Of a stretch of 64,000 nt of DNA, positions 24,694 through 36,465 are shown piece after piece. The notes beneath the pieces were generated by a model. That model ran no database searches. It saw only the letters and a list, made by a program, of their open reading frames with translations, and was not told where the DNA came from. The stretch lies in contig NC_086109.1 of the NCBI RefSeq assembly GCF_963921235.1, positions 31,002,001-31,066,000 on the forward strand. Reading direction: 5' to 3'. Source of the DNA: Mobula hypostoma (Eukaryota). How positions within the stretch are numbered: the first letter of the stretch is position 1; each line of letters opens with the position of its first letter. The position numbers and the translations under genes are program-made.

Positions 24694-27600
24694 CAAGAAC
24701 TTATAATGAAGAAAATAATAAATCCTGTGGGAATGACACTTATAACAAAGAAATAGAAGAACCAACAAACCACATTGATACTGTATGTGGTAAAAACAGG
24801 AGGAACAGTGTTGTGAGGGCATGATTGGCTGAGACAACTACAACTTGATTGGAGGTCCATTCAACATGTGCGTTCCACATCCCACGTAATAGTGCTATCT
24901 GAAAGCGAATTAGAAAGGTACAGCAGTGTTCCAGGGTGACTTTGGAAAACTGAAACATATCAAAGGCAAAGGTGTCAGTCCAACCTATATGGCTCTGGTT
25001 GGAAAGCATATTGGACCAAGGAAGGGCTATGTTGTTCAGAAGAATCATGAAAGTGATGAAAGCAGTGGTCCAACAACACTTTTTGTCAGCATCGTATCTG
25101 AGAAAGCTTCTGATATGTTAATCAGGTAGCTCATTGCAAACTGTGGCTTGGTTTTAAACTGAAAGAGAGTTCAAGGAGCTTCAGGAAAGTTGCAAGCATT
25201 TGAGTACAAAGAACCAGAATCTACTCTGCGTGCCTTGAGGTTATTGCAAGTGGGAGCCAAAACACTACTTACAAAGACCAAAGCCTCGCTGGATGAATGG
25301 AAGGCCAAATAGAAAGGAAACAATGGAAATGCAAAAATAGAGGATTTGTCATATGTTGTGGATGCAGAAACCAAAAGGAGAGATCAGACCATAAATAGGA
25401 TTAATAAGTGAATACTCCAGTGAAATGAATGCACCTTCCCAAGATCAAGATGCACAAACTAGAAGAAGAAAAAAGAAGAAAGGTATTAAGAGCTGTCAGA
25501 ATTACTTCCTGCAGTCTCCGAATCAACTCCAGAACTTGTTGTTGTTTTCACAGCCACAAGTCTCACCTGCCAAGCAGAGCAATCGCCCTTGTCAGAAGAC
25601 GTTATCCCACAAGAGAGAAAAAAAAGCCTCCACAGTGATTAAATCTATAGGCCTGAATGGACAATTTAAAAGTTGACTATGCTGTGGATGTCTGTCTAGT
25701 AATTGTATTATATAGTATATCATGAAGTAGTTGAAATCCATTCTATATTGAGTTCGAGTTTATAGCTAAGCAGGGAGTTGTGCATTTAATATTTTAGTAA
25801 TGTGAGTAATATTGTAAATATGTTGATTACACATTCTTTAATTATTTAAATAATTAATTATGGGTTATATCTGAACTGCATACATCATGATGCTACCATG
25901 TGATAAATTAAGTCAGATTGCATCCCTTGGCTTTCTTGTTTTCCTTTGCATTAGTTCAATGTTTTGAAGTTACAAAACATAACAGCAGAGGCTAGCAGGT
26001 TTTTATCCAAGATCTCTCTATATTTAGCAGCATTCATCTTCCCATCAATCCTAACCAGATTTCCAGTTCCAGATTTGCTGCTGAAAAGCATCCTCATAGC
26101 ATGATACTACATCCACCATACTTTACAGTAGGGATAATGTTATCTGGCTGATATGCAGTATCAAATTTGTGACCCACATACCGCTTAGTGTTGAGGCCAA
26201 TAAGTTCCACTTTAGTCTCATCTGACCACCAGACATTCTTCCACATCTTTACGGTGTCTTCTAAGCAATGCCTTGCAAAGTCTTCATGGGCAAGGATATT
26301 TTTTTTCTGCCAGGACTTCCTTGCCAGTCTTCCATAAATACCCCTCTTGTGCAAGGCTTTAGAGATTGTGGAGACATGATCTTCATCTCCATTTGCAGCC
26401 ACTGACATCTGCAGCTCCCTCATAGTGTTGGCATCACAGTAGGGTCTCTTACAAATGCCATTCTTCGATGGTGGCTAGGTTTAAAGGTGCAGCCTGACCT
26501 AGGCAATATGGCTTTGGTTTCATATTTTTTCCACTTGTTCATGATGGACTGCACTGACCTTTGAGGTATGTTCAGTGCCTTTGAGATGGTCATGCACCCT
26601 TCCCCAGATCTGTGCTTCTCTGTTATCATTTTCCTGATGTTGAATATTCTTTTGTCTTCATTTTGGTTTGGTCTAAGAAAATGTACCATACTATACCATA
26701 CTGTTGGACCCTACCTGGGTTGGGGGGTGGTATTTATCTGTATGAATTCATTGAAAACAGGCAATCCTCCAATCTTCTATATCAACACATTGAGAGAGTT
26801 AGTAATATACAGTGTTGCACCTGAGGAAAGTTAATGTAGTAATTGCAAAGGGGAAGAGTACTTTTTGATACTCACAATTTTGTTTTTTAATTTTTAGTAA
26901 ATTGTTGACAGGTTTTGGAATTTTTCTTTTGATTTGACACAATGTTTTGTAGATTAATTCAAAACATCCTACTTCAATATATTTTAAATTTAGAAGATAA
27001 GACAGTAAATTGTGAAAGCAGTTGTGGAGACTGAATACCTTTGCAAGGCACTGTATAGCTACTGTATCATTAGGTAGGGATGTACACATTATTTCAGCAG
27101 CATATTCTAAAAGGTACACTATAATTGCAGTGAGGTGCTTTTGATCATGCAATCAAACCCTTTTATGTAAATATCAACATATCGTTTGCCTTCCTAATTG
27201 CTTTCTGCATCTTCATATAAACCAATGATTCATGAACGACACTTAACACCATTGTTCCCCTAAATACCATTGTCTTTCAGCTTCTTACCATTTAAAAAAA
27301 ATCCACTTTTCTGTTTTTTTTTCTACCAAAGTGGATAATTTTTTAAAAATCTGCATTATTATTCATCTGCCACGTCTCTGGCTATTCATTTAGTCTTTCT
27401 ATATCTCCTTGAAGTTCATCTGCAATCTCCAGACAACCAAGAGAGAATAAAAATCTTTTCATTTTAAGATCTGCAATCCTTGTCTGTCCTATCGTACTTT
27501 GAAATGTAAGGAAGGTTAAATACAGTTTATTTAGTTCAGAAAACAATTAATCCATATCATTTTCAAAAGAATTAAGGTTGTCAGTCTTATTTTATGATTC

Positions 27601-28957
27601 AGTTTTAATAAAATTAAAACCCAGTTAGTTGATCAATCTTGAATATTATATAGACAATGAAGATCATTTTCCATTTCTGTTAGGTTATAGCCATCTCATG
27701 CTGCTCTAAAGATATACTTAATTCAGCAAAAATATATTAATAAAAAAGAATGATTATCTCGAGAAAGCAAAATTAGGCAACTCTAACTTTACAATAAACC
27801 CCCAAGAAATGGGACTAAATTGTCCATTGTAAAGATATATTCCAAGAATAATGGTAAGTACTTTGCACTTTGATTATAATTCTTTGTTCCAATTGAATGA
27901 AAATGCTATAAATGATAGCTCCATTAAATGCATTCCTCCAGTATATTCAATGTGCTCAGGCGTTGACATGGTGCAGTTTTACAAACTGTACATCTTGTTT
28001 CGACGCAGTCAACAAAATGAAGGAACAACATGATGTCTGAAAGGTATTGACAGATTTTTGACTTTGGGTTTGTTCTGTTTTTCTGAAGTTTCCAGATGCC
28101 AATTGTTTTTCGAACCTTCTGAGGAGTTGGCTGGTTAGCCTTGCATCACAGTTGACTTGTATTTTTTGAACTATTAATATCTAAATAAATCAGCAGAGTG
28201 AATCTATTATGTAATAGTTACTTGATGCATCAAGGTCCAAATACAATTATACAAGCTTTGAAATGTGGCAGTTTTCAGATATTTTCAAGTTTAATGCTGA
28301 ACTGTTACGGCATGTAGTGGATGAATCACTTTTAACAATACTGATGTTTTCCATAGATGTTATATACATATTATGGTATAAGTGCAGAAAAAATAAGTTA
28401 TCATGTGGTACGTTAATGGATCAAGGGCAGTGAAAGTAGATAACATTGAACTAGATTAACCAATTGAAAGTTAGAGCAGGCGTGTGAAGTCTAGGCACAG
28501 AGCCGTTTGATTTTTTTATTATCTGGTGGCTTTGAACTGTCAAGTATAGGCTCTGACATTCTAGGGTGATGATATTAGGTTCACTGTCCACAAAATCCTA
28601 AACTCCAGAAGAGAATGTTAAGCTCTGTCCGATATAAGTATTTATGGGTACCTTCTCTATGGGGAAGTAATACTGTACCAATCTTCTCTTCAAAGACTAG
28701 ATGACTTTCCTGTCTGGTCTCTATGGCAGGGTCTAGCTGTCAAAACACAATATTTGAATGGTAGTTCCCGCTCCCTACCAAGGAGGAGGTACTTCCAGCT
28801 AACAAAGTAGTTTAAAGACAGTTTCCTTTATTTTAATTATAAGCATTTAATTTTTAGACAAATAGTTCTTAACACACATTTAACATTGAAAGGATTTCTG
28901 ATTTAGAAAAATTTCCAAATTATGCAAGATTTCTAAACTGCAAAGGATTTCTAAACA

Positions 28958-29105
28958 CTGTCCAAAGATGTACTGGTTGGTAGTTAATTGTCACTGTAAA
29001 TTGTCCTGTGATTAAGCTATGATTAAAATCAGGGGTTGATAGGTGAGGTAGTTTGAAGGCTGGAAGGGCTTATTCTGCACTGGATCTCAATAAAGAAAGA
29101 AAGAA
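28958..29105 (+). mobile_element. V-SINE 3' half
   Basis: tccaaagatgtactggttggtagttaattg..taaattgtcctgtgatta as in 40131-40390; (gaaa)n tail. Confidence 0.7.
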
Positions 29106-30064
29106 CATACCAACGAGTTGCAGACAGTAGAGTTGTCTGTCACAGTAACCAAAGATTGAGGAATGAATACTAATTCTTCTTTCTCTCACCCTCTACCCAT
29201 CTTTTTTATCATTCCCCTTGTTATTCCTAACAATCTTCAATGACTCTAACAGTTTTTACTGTTTTGCTACTGGTTAACATTATTTGTACGTGATGTTTTG
29301 CAAATACCTTCGCTGGGACAAAGTAATTCACACAGATAGAAAAGTTTCTGGAAGGATAGATATCCTAGATACCCAAAATTAATGTTGTTAGAACTGACTC
29401 TGTGTACACAAATATCCTATCTATTGATTGATCAACTCTATCTGTGACTGTGTTTGATGTGCTAAGTGACAAAATCAGTCTGGTCTGCACGCTTCCTTTA
29501 ACTTAATCACAATGGTGCAAATAACTTAGCTTGTGTTCTCTGAATTGATGCAGACCAATTAACGTAACCCCACTGTCTTATGACTGATTATAAACAGGCC
29601 TACAATACCTCATTGACGACTCGTTTGAAACAAAAATCTGAGCAAGGATTATTGGTCAGTTGTCAGAAACAACTCTGACTCTTTGGGAAGGTGATGCTAC
29701 TATGCTCAACAGCTGAGGTCAGAAATAAATCTCTTAGGACCTAGAAAGTGAATATACATCATATCACTTGAGAGTGAGGACATTTGTGGTCATGAAGGCT
29801 AATATCCAGTAATCTTGCTTACAGTTACAATGCCTTCATACTGCTTCAGTCCGCTGTGCTTTAAATATCTGAGTTATTATGAGCAACCGGTCAATTAAGG
29901 ACTAATCATTGCTCATCTCCCTGAAGACTGTGGTATACAATCAATGCAGACATTGGCAGCATATGTACAATGAGATCCATTTTACCACACTCATTGTGGT
30001 AAAGCAGGTCATTGACGTAATGAAGTAATCATCTGCAACCTTGAATGGCCTGAAGGAATCTTCA

Positions 30065-30592
30065 GACAACTTGTTTGTTAGGCCGCATCAGGAATATTGT
30101 GTGCAGTTCTAGTCGCCATGCTATGGAAGGATGAGATTAAGCTAGAAAGGATGCAGAAAAGATACACAGCAATGTTTCCAAGACTGAAGGGCTTGAGTTA
30201 TTAAAAGAGACTACATGGACAGAACTATTTTCCTCAGAGTGAAGGAGATTGATGAGTGACCTTATACAGGTTTATAAACTTATGAGGGACATAGGTAGGG
30301 TAGGTAGTCACAGTCTTTCTCTCACAGTAAGGAAGTCTAAAACTGGAGTATGTAAACTTAAGGTGAAAGGGGAAAGTTCTGCGGGGGTGGGGGGGTCTTT
30401 CACACAAAAGGTTAAGGGAACAAGTTCCCAGAAGAGATGAGAGACACAGATATAATTACAATATTTAAACACATGTATTCAGGCAAATGAATAGAAAAAT
30501 GGAATTGGCACCGATTAGCTTTCTGATAGGCATGAACGACTTGAACCTAAGAGCATGATTCCATGCTGTACAACGCTATGGATCTATGGATC
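30065..30592 (+). mobile_element. Old CR1 3' fragment
   Basis: VRPHQEYCVQF and SDLIQVYKLM motifs. Confidence 0.7.
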
Positions 30593-31227
30593 TACAGTGG
30601 TGCTGTGTTTAAGCTACACAAATATGAGAGCATACCCCTTTCTACCAGTTACAGAGTGAACAGCAGATGGATGACAAAGTGTAGCAGTAACGTACTTTTT
30701 CCCTTCCTATCTATGATGTTCTTGAACAACTTATTCAATTATAAATGAAGCTCATTTCTCCATTAACCAATAGTTCCATTCCGACCTTTTCTCTATTGGT
30801 GTATGTCTAACATCCAAATAAAGACAATGCAAAACTTAAAATAAACATTTAGAAAATTTATAAATCAAACTATACCATTTCCCAATCAATCACCCCAAAT
30901 GAACTTGTAATGGTTGTCTTCTATCCCTCACTTCTATCCCTCATTGATGACCTTGTACAAATGTGGGCATTGATCACTGGGCATTCTCATCTGGAATCAG
31001 CAGTGTTACTCTTTCTTTTCCCTGCACGTGTCAGAATCTTATCACATGCAGATCATAACTATAAGCTAACCTTGAAATAATGTGTAGTGTTTGTTCCTGG
31101 ACAGGTAGCTATGGATGTTAAATCAATTAATCAAATATCTTCATTTATCTTCCACTGCTTTCTTTTACCTTTTTTGACTATGTTTCAGAAATCCAGTCTA
31201 TGAATCATTCCTCTATCTGTTTGGTAC

Positions 31228-31670
31228 ATGAGAAGAGTTAGGCTATTCAGCCCATGAAGTCTTCTCTGACATTCAATCATAAGTGATTATTTTTTTCAAA
31301 ATCTTTCTCCTCTTCTCCTTTCATCATCGTTAACCCTTTACCAATCAAAGCCTCTCATTCTCAGTCTTAAATGCACTCAATAGTCTGACCTCCTCAGCCT
31401 TCTGTAGCAACAGATTCCACAGATTCACCAACCCCTGGCTGAAGAAATTCCTCCTCATATCCATTTTAAAGGGATGTTCCTTTATTCTGAGGTGGTGCCC
31501 TTACAAATGGAAACATCCCCACTCATCCTTCTGAGCTCCTTCAAGTACAAACCCAGAGACATTAAACCATCCTCATACATTAAGACTTTTATTTTTTGGA
31601 TCATTCTTATGAACCTCCTCAGTCCCTCTCCAGGGTTAACACGTCTTTCCTGAGACATAGGGTTCAGAAT
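31228..31670 (-). mobile_element. CR1 3' fragment
   Basis: Minus-strand RRFIRMI..LGLYLKELRRM and aggaatttcttcagccaggggttggtgaatctgtggaat. Confidence 0.75.
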
Positions 31671-32259
31671 TGCTGATAAACACAAGCAGGTGCTGGAAAT
31701 CCAAAGCAACACATAAAAATGCTGGAGGAACTTGGCAGGATAGGCAGCTTGTATGGAAAGCAATAAACAGTCAATGTTATGGCCCATGACCTTTCATCAG
31801 GACTGGAAATGAAGGGGAAACAAGCAAAATGAAAAGGTGGGGTGAAGGGCAAGTGATAGGTAAAGCCAGGTGTAGGGGATGGTTGGTGAGTGGGGGAGGG
31901 GGATAAAGTGAGAAGCTGGGAGGTGGTACCTGTTAAAGGTGGTAAAAGCTGAAGAAGGAGGAATCTGATAGGAGAGGAGAATGGATCATGAGATAAAGGG
32001 AAGGAGGAGGGGCACAAGGGGAAGGTGCTGGGCAGGTGAGGAGAAGAGAAGGGGTAAGAGAAGAGCCAGAATAGAAAATGGGGGTAGAGGGAGAGGATAC
32101 GTTAAGGAACTTAGAGAGATTGATGTTCATGCTATCAGGTTAGAGGCTACCCTGACAGAATATGAGTTGTTGCTCCTCCAACCCAGGAGTGGCCTCATCA
32201 TGACAGTGGAGAAGGCCATGGATTGACATGTTGGGATGGGAATGGGGCTGGATTTAATC

Positions 32260-32512
32260 TCCCTAGGCCTCTCGTCCCATGATCCTCGCATATCCCTTTT
32301 GCCAATCAACTTTCCAGCTCTTAGCTCCATCCCTCCCCCTCCTGTCTTCTCCTATCATTTCGGATCTCCCCCTCCCACTTTCAAATCTCTTACTATCTCT
32401 TCTTTCAGTTAGTCCTGACGAAGGGTCTCAGCCCGAAACGTCAATTGTACCTCTTCCTGTAGATGCTGCCTGGCCTGCTGCGTTCCACCAGCAACTTTTA
32501 TGTGTGTAGCTA
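32260..32512 (+). mobile_element. Younger Penelope 3' terminus inserted into the older Penelope
   Basis: CpGs retained; ctgacgaagggtctcagcccgaaacgtc...gatgctgcctggcctgctgcgttccaccagca. Confidence 0.8.
32410..32447 (+). ncRNA. Minimal type I hammerhead ribozyme motif
   Basis: CTGACGA (32415-32421), extra A, stem II GGG/CCC, GAAA (32435-32438), CGTC with predicted cleavage after C32442; stem I weakened in this copy. Confidence 0.75.
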
Positions 32513-33499
32513 CATGGAAATTCTGATTGTTGCAGACAGAGCAAAGGTACACAACAAAGTGGTATACCAGTTTATATCATGTCTCACTGATATAGAGGAG
32601 GCCACATCGTGATCACTGGATACCGGAGATGACCCTGAGAAATTTGCAGCTGAAGTACTGCTTCACCTGGAGGGACTGTTCAGGGGCCTGAACGTAGGTG
32701 AGGGAGGAGGTAAATGAGTTTACCTACCACCCCAGGACCTCTGCATGCAGCACATCATTCTCCGTAACTTCCCCCATCTTCAACGGGATCTTACCAGCAA
32801 ACACATCCTGACACCCTTCGCCCCAGCTTTCCCCAGGGATCACTTTATCCATGACTACCTTGTGCATGCATCCTTCCCCACTAATCTCCCTCCTGGCACT
32901 TATACCTGCGATCTTCCCATTTATTTCCTCCCTCACATCCATTCAGGAGGACGAATTAATATTTCATATCTGGGACCTATTAAAAGGACTAAGACAAAAT
33001 TTTAACTATTTATGTTTACAAATATGGTGACAAAAACTAAGCAGCAGAGATCTCTTCTACTCTGTGTGTTTTTGAGACTTAGGGTTACCTATAGCAGACA
33101 TGTTAAGACACTGGAGAGTTAGCACCTGCACTATTTCTGCAAATTCCTTAAAGCCACTGCAAAGTTGAGTCAATTATTGTCTGTGCCCTTTCCCAGGTAA
33201 TCGTCCCTAGCACTGATTATATTAGTGCCTCAGTGTATTTAGATACTTTCACTGGTTAGAGCATAGCATTTACTGTACATGCCCAGTACTTGAATCAAGA
33301 AATACATACAGTTTCCAAAGGTCTGTCATAGACAGATCAGTAAGTAGACTGAGCAAATACTTAAAGGATGCAACGTCCTTACTGACTCCTGATGTATGAG
33401 CAGAATCAGCAGTCCGTTCTCAAACTACCCAACTGTGCCTCCTGTAGAAGAGACTTTGGTTCCAATCGAAACATCTTTATATCGAATAGACTAGATTAC

Positions 33500-33790
33500 T
33501 GCCCACCAAAGCAATCTATTGACAAAGTTCAACTCATTCAGAACACGGCTAACTAAAACCAGGATGAGAGAAAGTTTCACTCCCATCCTACCTACTCTGC
33601 ATTGGCATCCTGTATCTTTTAGAATTTATTTTAAAGCTTTCTGACTTGTTTTTCAAAGTCTCAATGGTCCGTGCCTGGATTACATTATAGAATCACTTTT
33701 GTTTTATAACTCCGCATAAGCTTTCATGTCTTTTTCTGCTCTTCTCTTAAATTGAAATAATTTCCCTCAAAACAAAATTGGCAGTTCGGT
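33500..33790 (+). mobile_element. L2 LINE ORF2 C-terminal fragment
   Basis: QLIQN..TKTRMRESFTPILPTLHWHPVSFRIYFK, the L2 HITP.L..LHWLPV..RI.FK motif. Confidence 0.75.
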
Positions 33791-34149
33791 CTATTGAGTC
33801 AACATAACATTCTTAATAACATTTAACAACAATGACATTGTCCCAAAAGGTTTTAGGTTGAAGGACCCTTGTTCATCGTGGAGATCCCGTAGGTTGTTAC
33901 AATGAGCTGGAAGAGCACTAGTGAGAGTGAGTGAGAGAGTGAGACACACACACAATGCCATGAGGTACAAGAAGTTCTAGTTAAATATAATAAAACTGGA
34001 GGATGAGGAAAACACCAGAATGTAATATCATAGGAGCATTGGCTTAGAATGAAACAATCAATAGACTTTGTGGCAAGCAGAGTGTAACAGGAAGCTTGAA
34101 AAAGGCAGAAGAGAAGATATTTAATGAACAGTCATAAAGCTTCCATAGT

Positions 34150-35730
34150 CAGATTTCATAGTAGTGGGGTTTAGTATTATGGCTTTTTGGAGATTTACAT
34201 AAATCTTGCTGTGTAGGCCTAATTGTGCAATAACTTTGAGATGATACCAGTTGTAAATATTACTATTGGGACAATGTACATACTGTTCAAGTTCCATAGT
34301 CTTTCAGTTTCCTCTTTTAATTCAGCATATTTCAGGTGTTTTTCATTTGCTGATTTGTGTACGTTATGTGTGTTTGGAATGGTTATATCTATTAAGTAAG
34401 TTGTTCTTGCTTGTTTATTGTGTAATATTATAGTCAGACAATTATTTTGGATTGTCCTAACTGTATTAATGGATTGATCGTAATACAATTTGTAGGGCTC
34501 TTGACTCTAAAACTGGATCAGACTTGTATTTATAGTAACGCATGGTACCTTTTATGAGTTTATATTTTAAAGTAAGACTATGGTGAACGATATTTGCCAC
34601 TTGATTGTGCCATTGTAAATAATTAGATTATGTTAAATTGCTGCAGGATCCTGTAATGTATTGGATTGTTTCTGGTTTCTCTTGGCATTTATTGTCTCAA
34701 ATTTATTGTTTTTATTAAATTTTTTGATAATTTTTGTGTTAACCACCTAGTCCTGTTTTGCCACAAGAATCACCTGTCTCTGGGAAGAGGTTTCCAACTC
34801 TGAGCTAGGCTTTCAATGCTTCCCTGTCCACATCTAGTCCAGTCAGATCATAGGACTGTCTTCCATGGAGGGTCATGCTCTACCATTAGTTAACTTTTTC
34901 TTCTGTAGTGATAATTTCTTTATTTTTCTGGGTTCTACTTTCATTTAAATTTAGTGGTGTGTACTTCTTATCAGAATTGTATATGCTCGTGTGGATATAC
35001 GATTTTCATTGATGAAAATATATCCTTAGCTGTTTTATCTGACTGTTGTGTAAGTTTTTAAGATTTGTTATTCCTCTTCCTCCTTCTGGCCTAGGTAGTG
35101 TTAATGTAAATGCATTCAAGTGTACATAGTTTTTTTCTAAAATTTGTCATTTCAGCTCTTATTATTCTTTGTAATTTTTCCTAATCGGTTTCAGATCAAG
35201 ATATTATGTCAAAAATATACATTAATATGGGTATAGTGAAAGTATTTATTACCTTTGCTATATTAGTAATAATATTTAGCTCTGTTTGGCAGAATTTTTA
35301 AGCTTTGATGTAACTTTCCATTGAAAGTTTTCCTTTTATCTCACAATGATTTACTTACTTGTTGATATCCCTGATACTTCTAAATTTCATTTCATCCATC
35401 AGTTATATCCTTCTGCTCTATTTATTATTCCACTAGCTCTCTCATACCTTTCTTTAGTTTAATATTTTGCTCTTACCTAGTGCAAAGTTCACGTTTATGT
35501 CTTTAGAAAATAGTTCTACTATTTAAATTAATTGCTTTAGCTGTACTGATGAAGGAGTGTATAATTTCAAATTGTCCATGTATGGAAGGTGTATCAAGGT
35601 GTAATACATTTGATTGTTTTTGATTGATACCCTATTTTTATCCAATTCAGTAAATTAGAGATTGGATTTAAAGCTAGACAAAACTATAATGGGCTTAGAG
35701 AGTCACCATGGAGTTATTATTATGAGTTAT
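34150..35730 (-). mobile_element. R4/Dong-clade non-LTR retrotransposon relic (RT, CCHC, restriction-like endonuclease)
   Basis: Minus strand: HGDSLSPL*FCLALNP and YMDNLKLY (RT); KCQEKPETIQYITGSC..WHNQVA (CCHC/RH); LIDITIP..EKHLKYAELKEE..LW..IVPIVI (ORF 34219-34488). Confidence 0.8.
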
Positions 35731-36465
35731 CTTGAAATCCATGAAGCTGGAATGGAAGCAAGCCATCCCCAATCCTAAGGGACTATTTAAAAAGGAAATT
35801 GTGGACTTTAGCATGGATTGCATTTTTAATCTGGTTGACTACATTTGTAAAAATAATATCCTGGCCAATAGTTTATCTCCGCCTGCAGCATTTGCTGTCA
35901 TCCAAGTCTACCCGTCATCTTCTTGTTCTAAGTGTCCAGTTCATACCATTGTCCAGTTCTGTGCTGGTTCTTTCACCACTGATGGTAAACATATAATTCA
36001 ACAAGTGAAATTTTATGGCAGTTCAACAACTTCTTAAATACCTCTGTTGAAACAATGGGCCAGATCTTCCAACCAACCACCCGCAGTGAAAGCTGCAGCA
36101 ATTAATGTTATTTTGAGTTGGAAGACTGGTAATCAGGCAGAGGGGTTACTTGATTGCCAAAGTGCAGAGCTCTGGAGTTTTTTGTACATTGGTAATTTGC
36201 ACCAATGCTGAGTTCCAATGGAACTTTGAATCTCTCAGCAATTTGTTGTCAGGCACTCTGTTACTGTCAAGCCAGCCAATGTTGAGAATTTCTTGGCGCA
36301 TTGGGTTGTTGAATGGTGGGAGATAGCTGGACTGAGAGAGACCCTTAGAAGCAACAGGATTTCTGGTCAAGTAGCCAGTATTCGCGGCCTTTACGTGTGA
36401 TACAAAAACCCAATTGCATTTGATCAACGTTCTTGCCATAATTATTCAGTGCCACAGTTGTTTGC

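Larger units (their letters stand above)
18562..25984 (+). mobile_element. Internally deleted Gypsy LTR retrotransposon
   Basis: 5' LTR about 18562-21260 (interrupted by CR1) and 3' LTR about 25778-25984 both end aaaacataaca; PBS-like tggtgataagg at 21262; PPT aagcagggag; gag AELKRLYERCQFNDGL; protease ELDTGLAVSVI near 22381 and GHDWLRQLQLDW; no RT, RNase H or integrase core seen. Confidence 0.85.
18183..27053 (-). mobile_element. Tc1 (DD34E, IR/DR type) transposon, decayed and split by a Gypsy insertion; own sequence about 18183-18561 and 25985-27053
   Basis: Minus ORFs KHRSGEGCMTISKALNIP..VQSIMNKWKK (paired-like HTH) and WWSDETKVEL...PTVKYGGCSIML; right TIR ends gaatacctttgcaaggcactg followed by TA; left part encodes the C-terminal catalytic region; left TIR truncated. 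Confidence 0.88.
31678..32947 (-). mobile_element. Penelope-like element with an inverted 5' segment (32720-32947, +)
   Basis: Minus-strand terminus with CTGATGA motif at 31768-31805; GIY-YIG-region sequence at 32515-32718; plus-strand MQHIILRNFPHLQRD..PPGTYTC. Confidence 0.8.

Noticed and set aside
27684..27853. Coding exon between the acceptor at 27683 and the donor at 27854
   Set aside because: All three frames contain stops; kept only as part of the duplication finding.
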